This document shows positions 28,622 to 38,277 of a stretch of 64,000 nt of DNA, in pieces. The stretch is taken from the NCBI GenBank assembly GCA_963835575.1, contig CAWIGG010000002.1:224001-288000 (forward strand). Reading direction: 5' to 3'. A model generated the notes under the pieces. That model worked only from the letters and a program-made list of their open reading frames with translations. It had not been told where the DNA came from and searched no databases. The stretch's first letter is position 1. Each line of letters starts with the position of its first letter. This DNA is from an uncultured Spirochaetota bacterium (GTDB taxonomy: Bacteria; Spirochaetota; Brevinematia; Brevinematales; JAOACQ01). A program made the translations under genes and the position numbers.

Positions 28622-31243
28622 ATGATGCTAAGAGAGTTTCATAATTTTATGATTGAACTTGCAGAAAAATCTGTTTCAGATGATGTTAAACGGATGGGAA
28701 ATATTATCTTGAAATATCTTAATGAAATTATTCCTCTTAGCACTGCATATGGTCAGCGATCAAAAAAGATTATCGAATTAGCACAAAACGAATTTGAAAA
28801 AATAGTTCCACAAATTACTGTTTCTACAGAGTCTAATCAGGAAGATGAATTTGCTATCAGTCGATTAAAAAGTATTGAAATTGAATCATTCAGGGGTTTT
28901 AATCAAAAAGAAATATTTGATATAGATGCGCCGATAGTTCTACTTTATGGTCCCAATGGTTCAGGAAAAACCAGCTTTTGTGAGGCGTTAGAATATTCCC
29001 TTTTAGGGTTTGTGGAAGAAGCAGAGGTAAAACGGTTTTCAAACACAGATTACCTCAAGAATGCAAGAACAGATAGGCTTGAATTTCCTATACTAAAAGC
29101 AATTAATGCCAAAGGAGAAATGATTCTGGTTTCTCAGAATGATGCAATTTACAGATTTTGTTTTGTTGAAAAAAATAGAATAGACGACTTTTCCCGCATG
29201 GCTGCAAAGTTACCTGCTCAACAAAATAAATTGATCGGCACTCTTTTTGGCTTGGATTCTTTTGATGAGTTTGTGAAGGGATTTTCCAATGAACTAGATT
29301 CGAGATATATCGATTTAATCGGTCAAAAAACTATTGAATTGCAAGAAAAGAGAAAAACTCTCAGTGCTGACGAACAAATAGCTGCATCAGCGGAAAAAGA
29401 TTTTGAAGAACTTACATCAACTGAAAACAAGACGGTATCAGAATTTAAATCTGATATGAATTATCCCGATTTTGTTGCTTATCTTGGTACTATAGAGAAA
29501 CCTGGCAGAATTCAAGAACTCGAACAATTAATAGAAAAACAAATACCGAAAAAAATTGGATTGACTCTTTCAATACTTAAAGAGATTGATAATTCACTGA
29601 CATATTCTCTAGAGAAAATTAATAGTTATGAAAAAACACTGGAGGCCAAAAGGAATCAGATTTCTTTTCGTAACTTGTATCGGGCAGTAAAAGAACTACA
29701 TACTGAAAATCCTGATATTTGTCCTGCTTGTTCCACCCCTTTGAAAAAAGTTGCTCAAGATCCCTATTTAAGAGCAGAAAATGGATTAAAAGAATTGGAA
29801 AATCTTTCAGAATTAGAACAAAATTTATCTGATTACAAAGCGGCACAGCAAAAATCTTTAAGTGATTTGTTTCAATTGGTGAAATCTGCGGTTGATTTTG
29901 AACAGACTTGCTTAAATCATGAATTAACCAATGTTCCGAATTCTGAAAAAGAAATGACATGTGATTTGTGGCTGAATTTTAAGCAAGACTCTGGTGATGA
30001 CGGTTTGAATTGGCAGAAATTGGAAAATATTATTAGTAAAATAGAAGAATATGATAATAAAATTGAAGAACTTGAAAATGAGCGCGATAGTTATATTGTT
30101 GAAATTAAACAGCTAAGAATATATAGGGAAGAGGTTGTTCGTCATGATGAAGCCCGCAAGAAGAAAAATGAAACTATTGAGAAGGCTAAAAAAAATATAA
30201 TTCAATTTGAAACAGATAATAAAAAGCTAATTGAAGAAGTAGAATCAGAAAAGCAAAATATAGAAACAAATAAAAGAATTGCGGGCGCTTATAAAATTTT
30301 CGTTGAAGAACTGAATATCTATCGAAAGGAATTGCCAGAAAAATTGATAGCAGATTTAGCAGATAAAGTTAAGGAACTCTACAATGGGTTTAATCGAGCG
30401 GACCAGGATGGTGACCTTTTAGCGGAGATTCGTTTGCCTCTTGTCTGTGGAAGTAAAATTGAAGTTGCTTTCAATAGCGAACCAACTCATTTTTTTGATG
30501 CGTTGCATGTATTAAGTGAAGGACATATCCGATGTTTAGGATTATCCATATTATTGGCAAAGAATTTAAAACAAAAGTGTCCTCTTTTGATTTTTGATGA
30601 TCCTGTTAATGCAATAGATGATGATCATCGAGAAGGAATTCGTAGAACAATATTCGAAGATAGTTTGTTTGCCGATTCACAAATAATTCTTACTTGTCAT
30701 GGAGAAGAGTTCTTTAAGGATGTTCAGAATTTATTAGGTGTGAAAAAAGTAAAAGAAACAAAAGCATTTACGTTTATTCCACATATTGGAGATAATCAGA
30801 TTATAGTTGATTCATCACCTACCCCAAGAAACTATGTGGTTGCTGCGAGAAATCACTTTTCTAAAGGTGAAATTCGTGAATCATTGGCAAAAAGTAGACG
30901 AGCATTGGAATTTCTCGCGAATGAAACATGGAAGTTTGTTGCCAAATATGGTGATGGTTCTCTTGCATTGACAATAAAAGGCCCAAAAGAAAGGTTAGAA
31001 TTAAGAAATCTAATAGAGAAATTGAGTTCTAAAGTTAAAAAAAGTAATTTTATACACAATGAAAAAGATAAATTATCTTCAGCTTTATCATCTTTATTAG
31101 GTATTGATGGACAATCACGAGAATGGAGATATTTAAATGGTGGTACACATGAAGAGGAAGACCGGGAAGAATTTGACCGACCAACAGTTCAAACAATTGT
31201 TGAATCTCTTGAAAAAACAGATGAGGTGATAAGGGCTGAATAA
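28622..31243 (+). CDS. SMC/Rad50-like ABC ATPase with zinc hook and C-terminal HEPN-like domain (RloC-like)
   Basis: Walker A GPNGSGKT, CPAC within coiled coil, LSEG signature, LIFDDP Walker B, TCH H-loop; C-terminal RRALE...RYLNGGTH (R-x6-H). Confidence 0.75.
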   Translation: MMLREFHNFMIELAEKSVSDDVKRMGNIILKYLNEIIPLSTAYGQRSKKIIELAQNEFEKIVPQITVSTESNQEDEFAISRLKSIEIESFRGFNQKEIFDIDAPIVLLYGPNGSGKTSFCEALEYSLLGFVEEAEVKRFSNTDYLKNARTDRLEFPILKAINAKGEMILVSQNDAIYRFCFVEKNRIDDFSRMAAKLPAQQNKLIGTLFGLDSFDEFVKGFSNELDSRYIDLIGQKTIELQEKRKTLSADEQIAASAEKDFEELTSTENKTVSEFKSDMNYPDFVAYLGTIEKPGRIQELEQLIEKQIPKKIGLTLSILKEIDNSLTYSLEKINSYEKTLEAKRNQISFRNLYRAVKELHTENPDICPACSTPLKKVAQDPYLRAENGLKELENLSELEQNLSDYKAAQQKSLSDLFQLVKSAVDFEQTCLNHELTNVPNSEKEMTCDLWLNFKQDSGDDGLNWQKLENIISKIEEYDNKIEELENERDSYIVEIKQLRIYREEVVRHDEARKKKNETIEKAKKNIIQFETDNKKLIEEVESEKQNIETNKRIAGAYKIFVEELNIYRKELPEKLIADLADKVKELYNGFNRADQDGDLLAEIRLPLVCGSKIEVAFNSEPTHFFDALHVLSEGHIRCLGLSILLAKNLKQKCPLLIFDDPVNAIDDDHREGIRRTIFEDSLFADSQIILTCHGEEFFKDVQNLLGVKKVKETKAFTFIPHIGDNQIIVDSSPTPRNYVVAARNHFSKGEIRESLAKSRRALEFLANETWKFVAKYGDGSLALTIKGPKERLELRNLIEKLSSKVKKSNFIHNEKDKLSSALSSLLGIDGQSREWRYLNGGTHEEEDREEFDRPTVQTIVESLEKTDEVIRAE

Positions 31244-31311
31244 AGCATTAAAAATAATGAATAACTCCAAAATTTAATAAAAAAGAATTATTAATAAGTG
31301 AGGATATAAAA

Positions 31312-31848
31312 ATGTTAAGATGGATATTCTTTTTGTTAAGTTTAATAGCATTCTGTATTCTAGCTTTTGTTCTATGTCCTGGAAAAGGATTTGCAATATC
31401 AGGTTTATTAATTGGAATTTACGGTTTTGGCGCAACAATTTATACTCTTCAAAAAGGAAACATTATTCGGGAAGCTGAATTTATTGAAAGACTATGTGGC
31501 GTTTTTGAAAGGCCAAATATCAGCAAACTTTATTATAAAATTGAATATAATCATTTGTCCTCTATTTTAGATGAATCAGAAGATGAGAAAGATTTAGATG
31601 AATTGATTAGTTTTTTTGATAGTATGGAGTATTATCATAAGAAAAAAATAATCTCCGATGATGAAGTGGAATTTGTTGCTGTTGAATTGTTGACAGTTTA
31701 TGAGAATGAAGTTGTCCGCCAATACATTAAGAAAGTTCAAAAATATTTCAATAAATATCAGCATGATATTATTCCATCAACTGGTTTTCAAGATTTAGCT
31801 GAGAAATTAATAAAAGAACCGAAATACAGTATTTATAAAAAGAAATGA
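31312..31848 (+). CDS. Hypothetical protein with two N-terminal TM helices (DUF4760-like)
   Basis: Two hydrophobic helices then a helical domain; RBS gagga; AT-rich. Confidence 0.65.
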   Translation: MLRWIFFLLSLIAFCILAFVLCPGKGFAISGLLIGIYGFGATIYTLQKGNIIREAEFIERLCGVFERPNISKLYYKIEYNHLSSILDESEDEKDLDELISFFDSMEYYHKKKIISDDEVEFVAVELLTVYENEVVRQYIKKVQKYFNKYQHDIIPSTGFQDLAEKLIKEPKYSIYKKK

Positions 31849-31965
31849 TCAGCGAAACTATGTTCATCTGTGGTTAATTAACCCTTAAGGCAGTATTTAA
31901 TATGGAAAGAACAATTGGGGTTGAATAAAAAAGCAAAATGTTAACAAATATTTTAGGGGGTATAT

Positions 31966-32853
31966 ATGAAGAAAATTTTCCTTACTCTATTATTCTTGGT
32001 TCCGGGTTCTTTCCTGTTTCCCTGGACAGACGGCGGTCATAAACTCGTCGGCTATATCGCCGGGGAGTATTTGAGTGCTGCCGCGTGCAGCAATATCTAC
32101 AAATTTATCAAGAACGATCTTACCGCTGGTTCCAATTCACTGGAACAGCAGGTCAAGGCATGGATCATTCAGATAGCCCCGGATGCCGATTATATTTCAA
32201 ATAAGGTGGGCGCCTGGCACTATATTGATTTACCGGAAGCCTCGAATTGGACGAGAAATGATATCTCAGCCTATATAGCTGCCAATACCGATAATGTCGT
32301 TTCTCAATTATCAAACGAAACGGCTTTCTTTGCAAAAGGTAAAAATAAGCCCGATTCCAAGGCTTACACCAATTTAATGCTTTTGATCCATTTTGCAGGC
32401 GATATCGCTCAGCCGATGCATAATATCGACTTTAACGGCGACAGCGGCGGTAATGACCGGGTATTCACCAATCTGTACGAATTTTATCAAGGGCACAACA
32501 AAAGAGTCAGTCTGCATCTTCTGTGGGATTTGGAGGCAAATACCAATGATGTAACGGATATTGACGGAAAAGGGAAAGAATTGGCGTCGGATATTTCAAA
32601 CATGATATTGACTAACGCCGGTTTGATAGCCAATTGGACGAACGGCTCGTTAATCGACTGGTCTTATGAGAGTTATTTGATCGGGAGAAATATTTATTCC
32701 AATCTTTCGATAACCAATGGGACTAAATCAATGTTGGCAATGACTAATTTCTCTGAATACAGGTCAAATAATCAAGAGACAGCGTTTATGCAGATTAAAA
32801 AAGGCGGATTCAGATTAGCCTATTTGCTGAATACCCTATTCGGGAAAAAGTGA
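31966..32853 (+). CDS. Secreted S1/P1 nuclease
   Basis: Signal peptide then W..GH, PD, WHYID, HFAGD..QPMH, GGN, LH..WD zinc ligands. Confidence 0.9.
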   Translation: MKKIFLTLLFLVPGSFLFPWTDGGHKLVGYIAGEYLSAAACSNIYKFIKNDLTAGSNSLEQQVKAWIIQIAPDADYISNKVGAWHYIDLPEASNWTRNDISAYIAANTDNVVSQLSNETAFFAKGKNKPDSKAYTNLMLLIHFAGDIAQPMHNIDFNGDSGGNDRVFTNLYEFYQGHNKRVSLHLLWDLEANTNDVTDIDGKGKELASDISNMILTNAGLIANWTNGSLIDWSYESYLIGRNIYSNLSITNGTKSMLAMTNFSEYRSNNQETAFMQIKKGGFRLAYLLNTLFGKK

Positions 32854-32996
32854 CCCGGATGACACGGATGGGAACTGCTTAAAGTTAAATTAAAAATTGG
32901 GGGATAAAAAATTTCCCCAAAATTTATCGTAAGGATGGCAAAATGGCCCGGAAGAAGACGGAGGAGGAGATTAAGGTGGTGGAGGGGAACGGTTAA

Positions 32997-33719
32997 ATGA
33001 TAGAAAGCCGGGAAAATATTTTATTCCGCGGGAAATACCGCGCAAAAACCACACGGCTGCCGAATTGGGATTACGGTGCGAACGGTTTTTATTTCGTAAC
33101 CATCTGTCTTAAAAACCGGGAATGTGTTTTCGGCAATGTGATTGACGGCAAAATGGTCCTGTCCGAAACCGGAAAAATTGCCGGTCAATTTTGGAAGGCC
33201 ATACCGGAACATTTTCCGTTTGTAATCCCGGATGAATATATTATCATGCCGGACCATATCCATGGGATAATTGTAATTAATAAAAATGATGACAATGATA
33301 ATGCCGTAATACCTGCACCCGTAACCGTAACCGAATCCGAAACCGCGGTAGTAGAGACAAGGCAATGCCTTGTCTCTACGAATACGAATACGACGAATAC
33401 GAAAATGAATACGAATACCGGTAATATGGGTATTACGAATACGGGTATTATGGATAATACAATATCGGAAACAACGGATTCGGGAACGAATAATATTAAA
33501 TCCCGGTTTCAGGACCAGGGTTCGAGAACATTATCATCAATCATCGGTTCGTATAAATCGGTATGTAAAAAAACAATCAATAGAATACAAAACGCCATTG
33601 ATTTTCAATGGCAATCCCGTTTCCATGACCATATCATCAGGGATGAACGGGCATTGATAAATATCAGGAATTATATTATCAATAATCCCGCAAATTGGGA
33701 AACGGATGAGGAACGATAA
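32997..33719 (+). mobile_element. REP-associated tyrosine transposase (Y1/HUH) with an internal REP palindrome
   Basis: RLPNWDY, YFVTIC, MPDHIHGI (HUH), WQSRFHDHIIR, YIINNP; palindrome gtagagacaaggca-a-tgccttgtctctac at 33351-33379. Confidence 0.88.
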
Positions 33720-33737
33720 ATATCTAGGGAGAAACTC

Positions 33738-34775
33738 ATGAGAAAAAAGAAGAATCAAATGGTACCCGACAATACCTATACCGAGTTTTTGCTTTATACC
33801 ACGCCGAACGGCAAGGTAAAAGTAGAGATATTTCTGCATGATGAAAACATCTGGCTTACACAGGATAAAATCGCGCTTTTATTCGGGGTGCAAAGGCCTG
33901 CAATTACTAAGCATTTAAAAAATATTTTCGAAAGCAAAGAACTTATTGAAAAATCAGTTAGTTCCATTTTGGAACATACTGCCGGAGACGGCAAAACTTA
34001 TAAAACAAAATTTTACAATCTCGACGCCATTATTTCCGTGGGCTATCGTGTTAATTCCGCGCAGGCGACTCATTTTCGTATCTGGGCGACCGAACGGCTG
34101 AAAGAGTATATCATCAAAGGTTTTACCATGGATGACGAGCGGCTTAAAAATCCGCAAAATATCTTCGGGCAGGATTATTTTGAGGAACAATTAGCCCGCA
34201 TTCGGGATATTCGATCGAGCGAACGCCGTTTTTATCAAAAAATTACCGATATCTATGCAGAGTGTAGCGCCGATTATGACAGTGAGAGCGAAGAAACCAA
34301 AGTCTTTTTCGCGACCGTGCAGAATAAATTACATTGGGCTATCAGCAGGCAGACTGCCGCCGAAATAATTTATTCCCGTGCCGATAGTCAAAGACAGAAT
34401 ATGGGGCTGACCAACTGGAAAAACGCTCCCGATGGACAAATACGAAAAACAGATGCGGGTATTGCTAAAAATTATTTAAATGAAAAAGAGCTGGACCGGC
34501 TTAATCGCGTTGTTTCGATGTATCTGGATTATGCCGAATTGCAGGCAAATAATCGTAAAATAATGAACATGAAAGATTGGATCGCTAAATTAGACGCTTT
34601 CTTACAATTCAATGAAAAAGAGATTTTAACCAATCCCGGGAAAGTAACCGCTGAAATTGCCAAAGTTTTCGCCGAAAATGAACATGAAAAGTATCGTGTC
34701 ATTCAAGACAAATTGCTGGAGTCTGATTTTGATAAAGCAATAAAGCGGCTTGAGGGTAGGAATAAATCTCATTAG
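33738..34775 (+). CDS. rhuM: Virulence RhuM family protein
   Basis: IWLTQ, YNLDAIISVGYRVNS, FRIWAT..LKEYIIKGF, RIRDIRSSERRFYQKITD. Confidence 0.9.
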   Translation: MRKKKNQMVPDNTYTEFLLYTTPNGKVKVEIFLHDENIWLTQDKIALLFGVQRPAITKHLKNIFESKELIEKSVSSILEHTAGDGKTYKTKFYNLDAIISVGYRVNSAQATHFRIWATERLKEYIIKGFTMDDERLKNPQNIFGQDYFEEQLARIRDIRSSERRFYQKITDIYAECSADYDSESEETKVFFATVQNKLHWAISRQTAAEIIYSRADSQRQNMGLTNWKNAPDGQIRKTDAGIAKNYLNEKELDRLNRVVSMYLDYAELQANNRKIMNMKDWIAKLDAFLQFNEKEILTNPGKVTAEIAKVFAENEHEKYRVIQDKLLESDFDKAIKRLEGRNKSH

Positions 34776-35052
34776 TCCCAAAAACATCCGCGTGGGACTT
34801 GTGGTGAGCTTGCCGAATCCATTGGGGTTCAATAATCATTTTCAATAAAATAAAAAAGGTTCTGAAACAAAATCCTTTTATCTGCCGGGCGTAGCCCACC
34901 CCAAAAATCCCCCATCGTCCTATGTTATGGTATGCATCGAGAAAAGCATCCAGGCGGCTTTAATAAAACTAAATCCTATTAATCCGCATTAATCCGTGCA
35001 AATCTGTGTGAGAAATCGGATATTATAAAAAAGAATCTCTGCAAATCCCCGC

Positions 35053-36501
35053 TTAAATCAGTGTCAACGCCGTAATAACGCCAAAGATCAAAAACAAAAA
35101 GACAAACGCCAGTTTTATTGCCGGAACATTCCCGGCAAGCGCTTCCCCGATCTTTTTGCTGGAAACGCCGAAATAGACCAGGATGAAGATCAATACCAGC
35201 GGGATGATAAACGCGATGTTGTAGATCAAAAGATAGATCAGGCCGGGAAACCGCTCGTCCGAATTCTGGACCATATAGCCGATCACCGGCAGGTAAACCT
35301 GCCCGGTGCAGACTAGTGTGAATAGTGAAACAATGAATCCCAGTAAGAGCGAGCTGAGAAAAATACTGTAGTCTTTCATCTGCATGCGGATGTTATGCCG
35401 GACGGCTTTCTGAAAGAAGTCGGGCAGTTTGAGGATCATCTCGTTATTTTTCCCCTGCCGGGCTTTGATGAAATCGAAAAAGCTCAGCACGGCCAGGACC
35501 GCGAGAACGGCGATCAAAATGTATTTAATGGTTATCGAGACGGCAGGGTAGAACGAAATGGTTTTGACGAATTGGAACAGCCCCAGCCCGATGAGGAAGT
35601 ACGTCAGGAAGACGGAGAAGATGTAAATGATCCCCGAAAGGAGAATGCTCCTGGCCGATTTCAACTGGAGCGTCAGGTAGGAGATCAGCAGGATGATCAC
35701 GGTAAAGGCGCAGGGATTAATGCCGTCCAGAAGGCCGGCGGAAAAAACGGCGATAACGCTGATTCCCTTATTGAGGTTATTCATGCCGGAACCGGAATCA
35801 TTTCCCTCGGTCAATTTTATGATCGCGTCCTTTCCGAAATAGTTTTTCCCCTTGTAAACCAGGATCGGCAAGTCGGGATAGAACCCCATCTTTTTAACGA
35901 ATTTATCCGCGCTCTCTTTGTTTTCATTTATTTCCAGATTATAGTAATTGATGATGATGCCGCTGTCCCGGCCTATTATCCATCCGAGCAGTTTATTAAT
36001 GACCGGAATACAGCTCTCGCAGTGTATGTTGTTCATGATCGTCGCAATATTATTGGATTCAAGAGTGCTCATATCAAGGTTTGTCAGGTAGTTGATTCTT
36101 CTGTCGTAATCCTTGTGCGGGCCGGCCGCGGGATTATTGATGATCCCGATGACGGTTAGAATAATATCCGGGGTGTCTTTATCGTTTGATTTAACGGCGA
36201 TATGCCTGGAAAGGACTCCGTCAAAACTCTTTTCTATTTTGACTGTAAAGCCGATGACAACCGACCTGTTTTTTTCGAGGGAATACGCTTTATCATTGGT
36301 CAGGACTAATCCTTCATCGGGAGTTATGGATAGATTTAAAACAGTATTCCCGGCGTTCGAAACGGTAAAGCCGCCCTCGATGCTCCGGCCGCTCTCAATG
36401 AAGCCGAAATTATATTCGGAAGGCTCTATGCTTAATTTCGGACTTGCGAATAGATATGCCGAATAAAAAATAAAGGTCATGATAATAAAAATTCTTAACA
36501 T
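35053..36501 (-). CDS. DUF1573/Ig-like + thioredoxin-like (CxxC) + CcdA/DsbD-type membrane redox protein
   Basis: YNFGFI..NAGN.VL; CESC; GLLDGINPCAF; CTGQVYLP; LLIYN..FIIPL. Confidence 0.8.
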   Translation of the reverse strand: MLRIFIIMTFIFYSAYLFASPKLSIEPSEYNFGFIESGRSIEGGFTVSNAGNTVLNLSITPDEGLVLTNDKAYSLEKNRSVVIGFTVKIEKSFDGVLSRHIAVKSNDKDTPDIILTVIGIINNPAAGPHKDYDRRINYLTNLDMSTLESNNIATIMNNIHCESCIPVINKLLGWIIGRDSGIIINYYNLEINENKESADKFVKKMGFYPDLPILVYKGKNYFGKDAIIKLTEGNDSGSGMNNLNKGISVIAVFSAGLLDGINPCAFTVIILLISYLTLQLKSARSILLSGIIYIFSVFLTYFLIGLGLFQFVKTISFYPAVSITIKYILIAVLAVLAVLSFFDFIKARQGKNNEMILKLPDFFQKAVRHNIRMQMKDYSIFLSSLLLGFIVSLFTLVCTGQVYLPVIGYMVQNSDERFPGLIYLLIYNIAFIIPLVLIFILVYFGVSSKKIGEALAGNVPAIKLAFVFLFLIFGVITALTLI

Positions 36502-36679
36502 TTTTCACGTCCTTATGATGCATTGAAGCATGTTTACCCTTTGTTTTACAGGCTTCAAGGCCCGTTTTGTTGACTGTTATTATAACTCTTTTTATACTTA
36601 ATGTACATGAAAAAGGCTGGTTTTTCAAAGAGGCTTTAATTCATAAACCCGATATTCATTATGCTGGAGGAATAGCGTT

Positions 36680-38005
36680 ATGAAAAGAAAAAATATTTTG
36701 ATAAATTTTCCGGCGGTCATTTTGATTCTCTCCGTCCTGGCTTTAGCAGGATGCGCCGTTAAGAAGAAACCTCTCGGCTTTCATGCCCTGAAGATAAACG
36801 GGCAGTTCGTGGATGCCGTAATTTTTCAGGAAGAATATAACAAGTATTTTGAAAATTTCAGCAAAAATTCCAGGATAATGAGGATGACTGATGATGAACG
36901 AGAGGCAGAGGTTCTCCAGAAAGTTATAGATAGGGAGATTACTGAAAATTACATCACAAACCGCAAGGATATCGTTGTCACGGATCAGGAAGCGGCTGAT
37001 TTTTTGAACCATTATATCAAGCCGGGCATGTATATGGATATTGATGAGGATGAGCCGGTTCCCCTGAGCTACAGGGATGTCGTTGTCAGCCAGGCAATTT
37101 TTTACTCCGTCAAACCCTATCTGATGAGGATGAAGATCATCCCTGAACTGGCCGGAAAGTATCATATTACCGTCAGTCAGAAAGAGATAAAGGATGAATA
37201 CAATCGGCAGCTTAAAAATAATTATCTTGTCATCGGGAGGCATATAGTTTTGCCGAATGGGCAGATGGAGCTCGCCAATGAACTCGCGGAAAAAATGAAA
37301 AAAGAGTCCGATGTCGCCGATCTGGTCCAGAAATATTCCATAGACGCCGACGCGAAGGATAAAGGCGGGGTGATGGGGAATATCGCCAATGCCCCGATTA
37401 CGCCCGATTTTCCAAAAAAAATGCTGAATGTCAGGCCAAGGGAAATCATCAAGCCTATCCAGCTTAAATACGGGATCGAGATCATCAGGATAGATGATGT
37501 CCTCCAGTTTAATCATACAGAGGATGAGATCGGGAAAAGCATCCTGATGAATAAATTCTATACTTCACCGGCCTATCATGACTGGGTGGAAACTCTGAAA
37601 TCCGGCAATAATATAGAAGTTGTCGATCCGGTATTCAAGGCATACGATCTTTATAAAACCGGCAAATACGCGGAAGCCGCGCCTCTCTTCATAAAATTAT
37701 ACCAGACCGGGAAAGCTCGTGATAAACTGGACATGGCAGTGGACAGTTTTAAAAAATCGGGTGATGGAATTGATGTTGTCCATTGGAGTGAGGAAGGCGT
37801 AAAAGCTTTTCCCGCTTTCAGGTGGAATTATTATCTGTCCCAGGCCGTTGGGTTCATGATGCAGCAGAAAACAAATGACTGTCTCCTGGCCATGAAGAAC
37901 GCTGAAAAAGCGGCCGGCGATGAAATCTTAAAAGAAATAACCGATCAGTATTTTGCATTGGGTTTGACCAACGAGGGCAGCAGATATAGCAGCGGCGGAA
38001 AATAA
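36680..38005 (+). CDS. Parvulin/PrsA-SurA-like peptidyl-prolyl isomerase lipoprotein with a TPR-like C-terminus
   Basis: LAGC lipobox; RHIV, KYSID..KDKGG.MG, PIQLKYGIEII. Confidence 0.7.
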   Translation: MKRKNILINFPAVILILSVLALAGCAVKKKPLGFHALKINGQFVDAVIFQEEYNKYFENFSKNSRIMRMTDDEREAEVLQKVIDREITENYITNRKDIVVTDQEAADFLNHYIKPGMYMDIDEDEPVPLSYRDVVVSQAIFYSVKPYLMRMKIIPELAGKYHITVSQKEIKDEYNRQLKNNYLVIGRHIVLPNGQMELANELAEKMKKESDVADLVQKYSIDADAKDKGGVMGNIANAPITPDFPKKMLNVRPREIIKPIQLKYGIEIIRIDDVLQFNHTEDEIGKSILMNKFYTSPAYHDWVETLKSGNNIEVVDPVFKAYDLYKTGKYAEAAPLFIKLYQTGKARDKLDMAVDSFKKSGDGIDVVHWSEEGVKAFPAFRWNYYLSQAVGFMMQQKTNDCLLAMKNAEKAAGDEILKEITDQYFALGLTNEGSRYSSGGK

Positions 38006-38096
38006 CCGGATTCCATTAATTCCTTCATTAAATCATACCTGATAATTCTTAAACAATTCAACAGACATATTCATGTCGCTTATCACAATAAAGTTT

Positions 38097-38189
38097 AATC
38101 ATACTTATAGTCGGACAAAAACAGTACTTTTCGTACGGACAAATCCATACCTCATGGTCTGGTAAATTTATTTTAATATTTGATATAAT
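38097..38189 (+). promoter_or_regulatory. Triple direct-repeat operator (23-bp period) and TATAAT
   Basis: TAC[T/C] at 38102, 38125 and 38148; tataat at 38184. Confidence 0.68.
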
Positions 38190-38277
38190 ATTTATGTTTC
38201 AATTTGTTAATGATAAGGTCAAGCATTATTTAATAGAGTAAATTATTTATAGAAAATATAAAAGTAAGGAGGAAAAA

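Noticed and set aside
32390..32421. S1/P1 motif HFAGDIAQPMH as a possibly inactive variant
   Set aside because: The variable position is not a zinc ligand in P1 nuclease; the H, D and H ligands are retained
35395..37516. Long opposite-strand ORFs 35395-36159 and 36743-37516
   Set aside because: Shadows of the CcdA-like and PPIase genes
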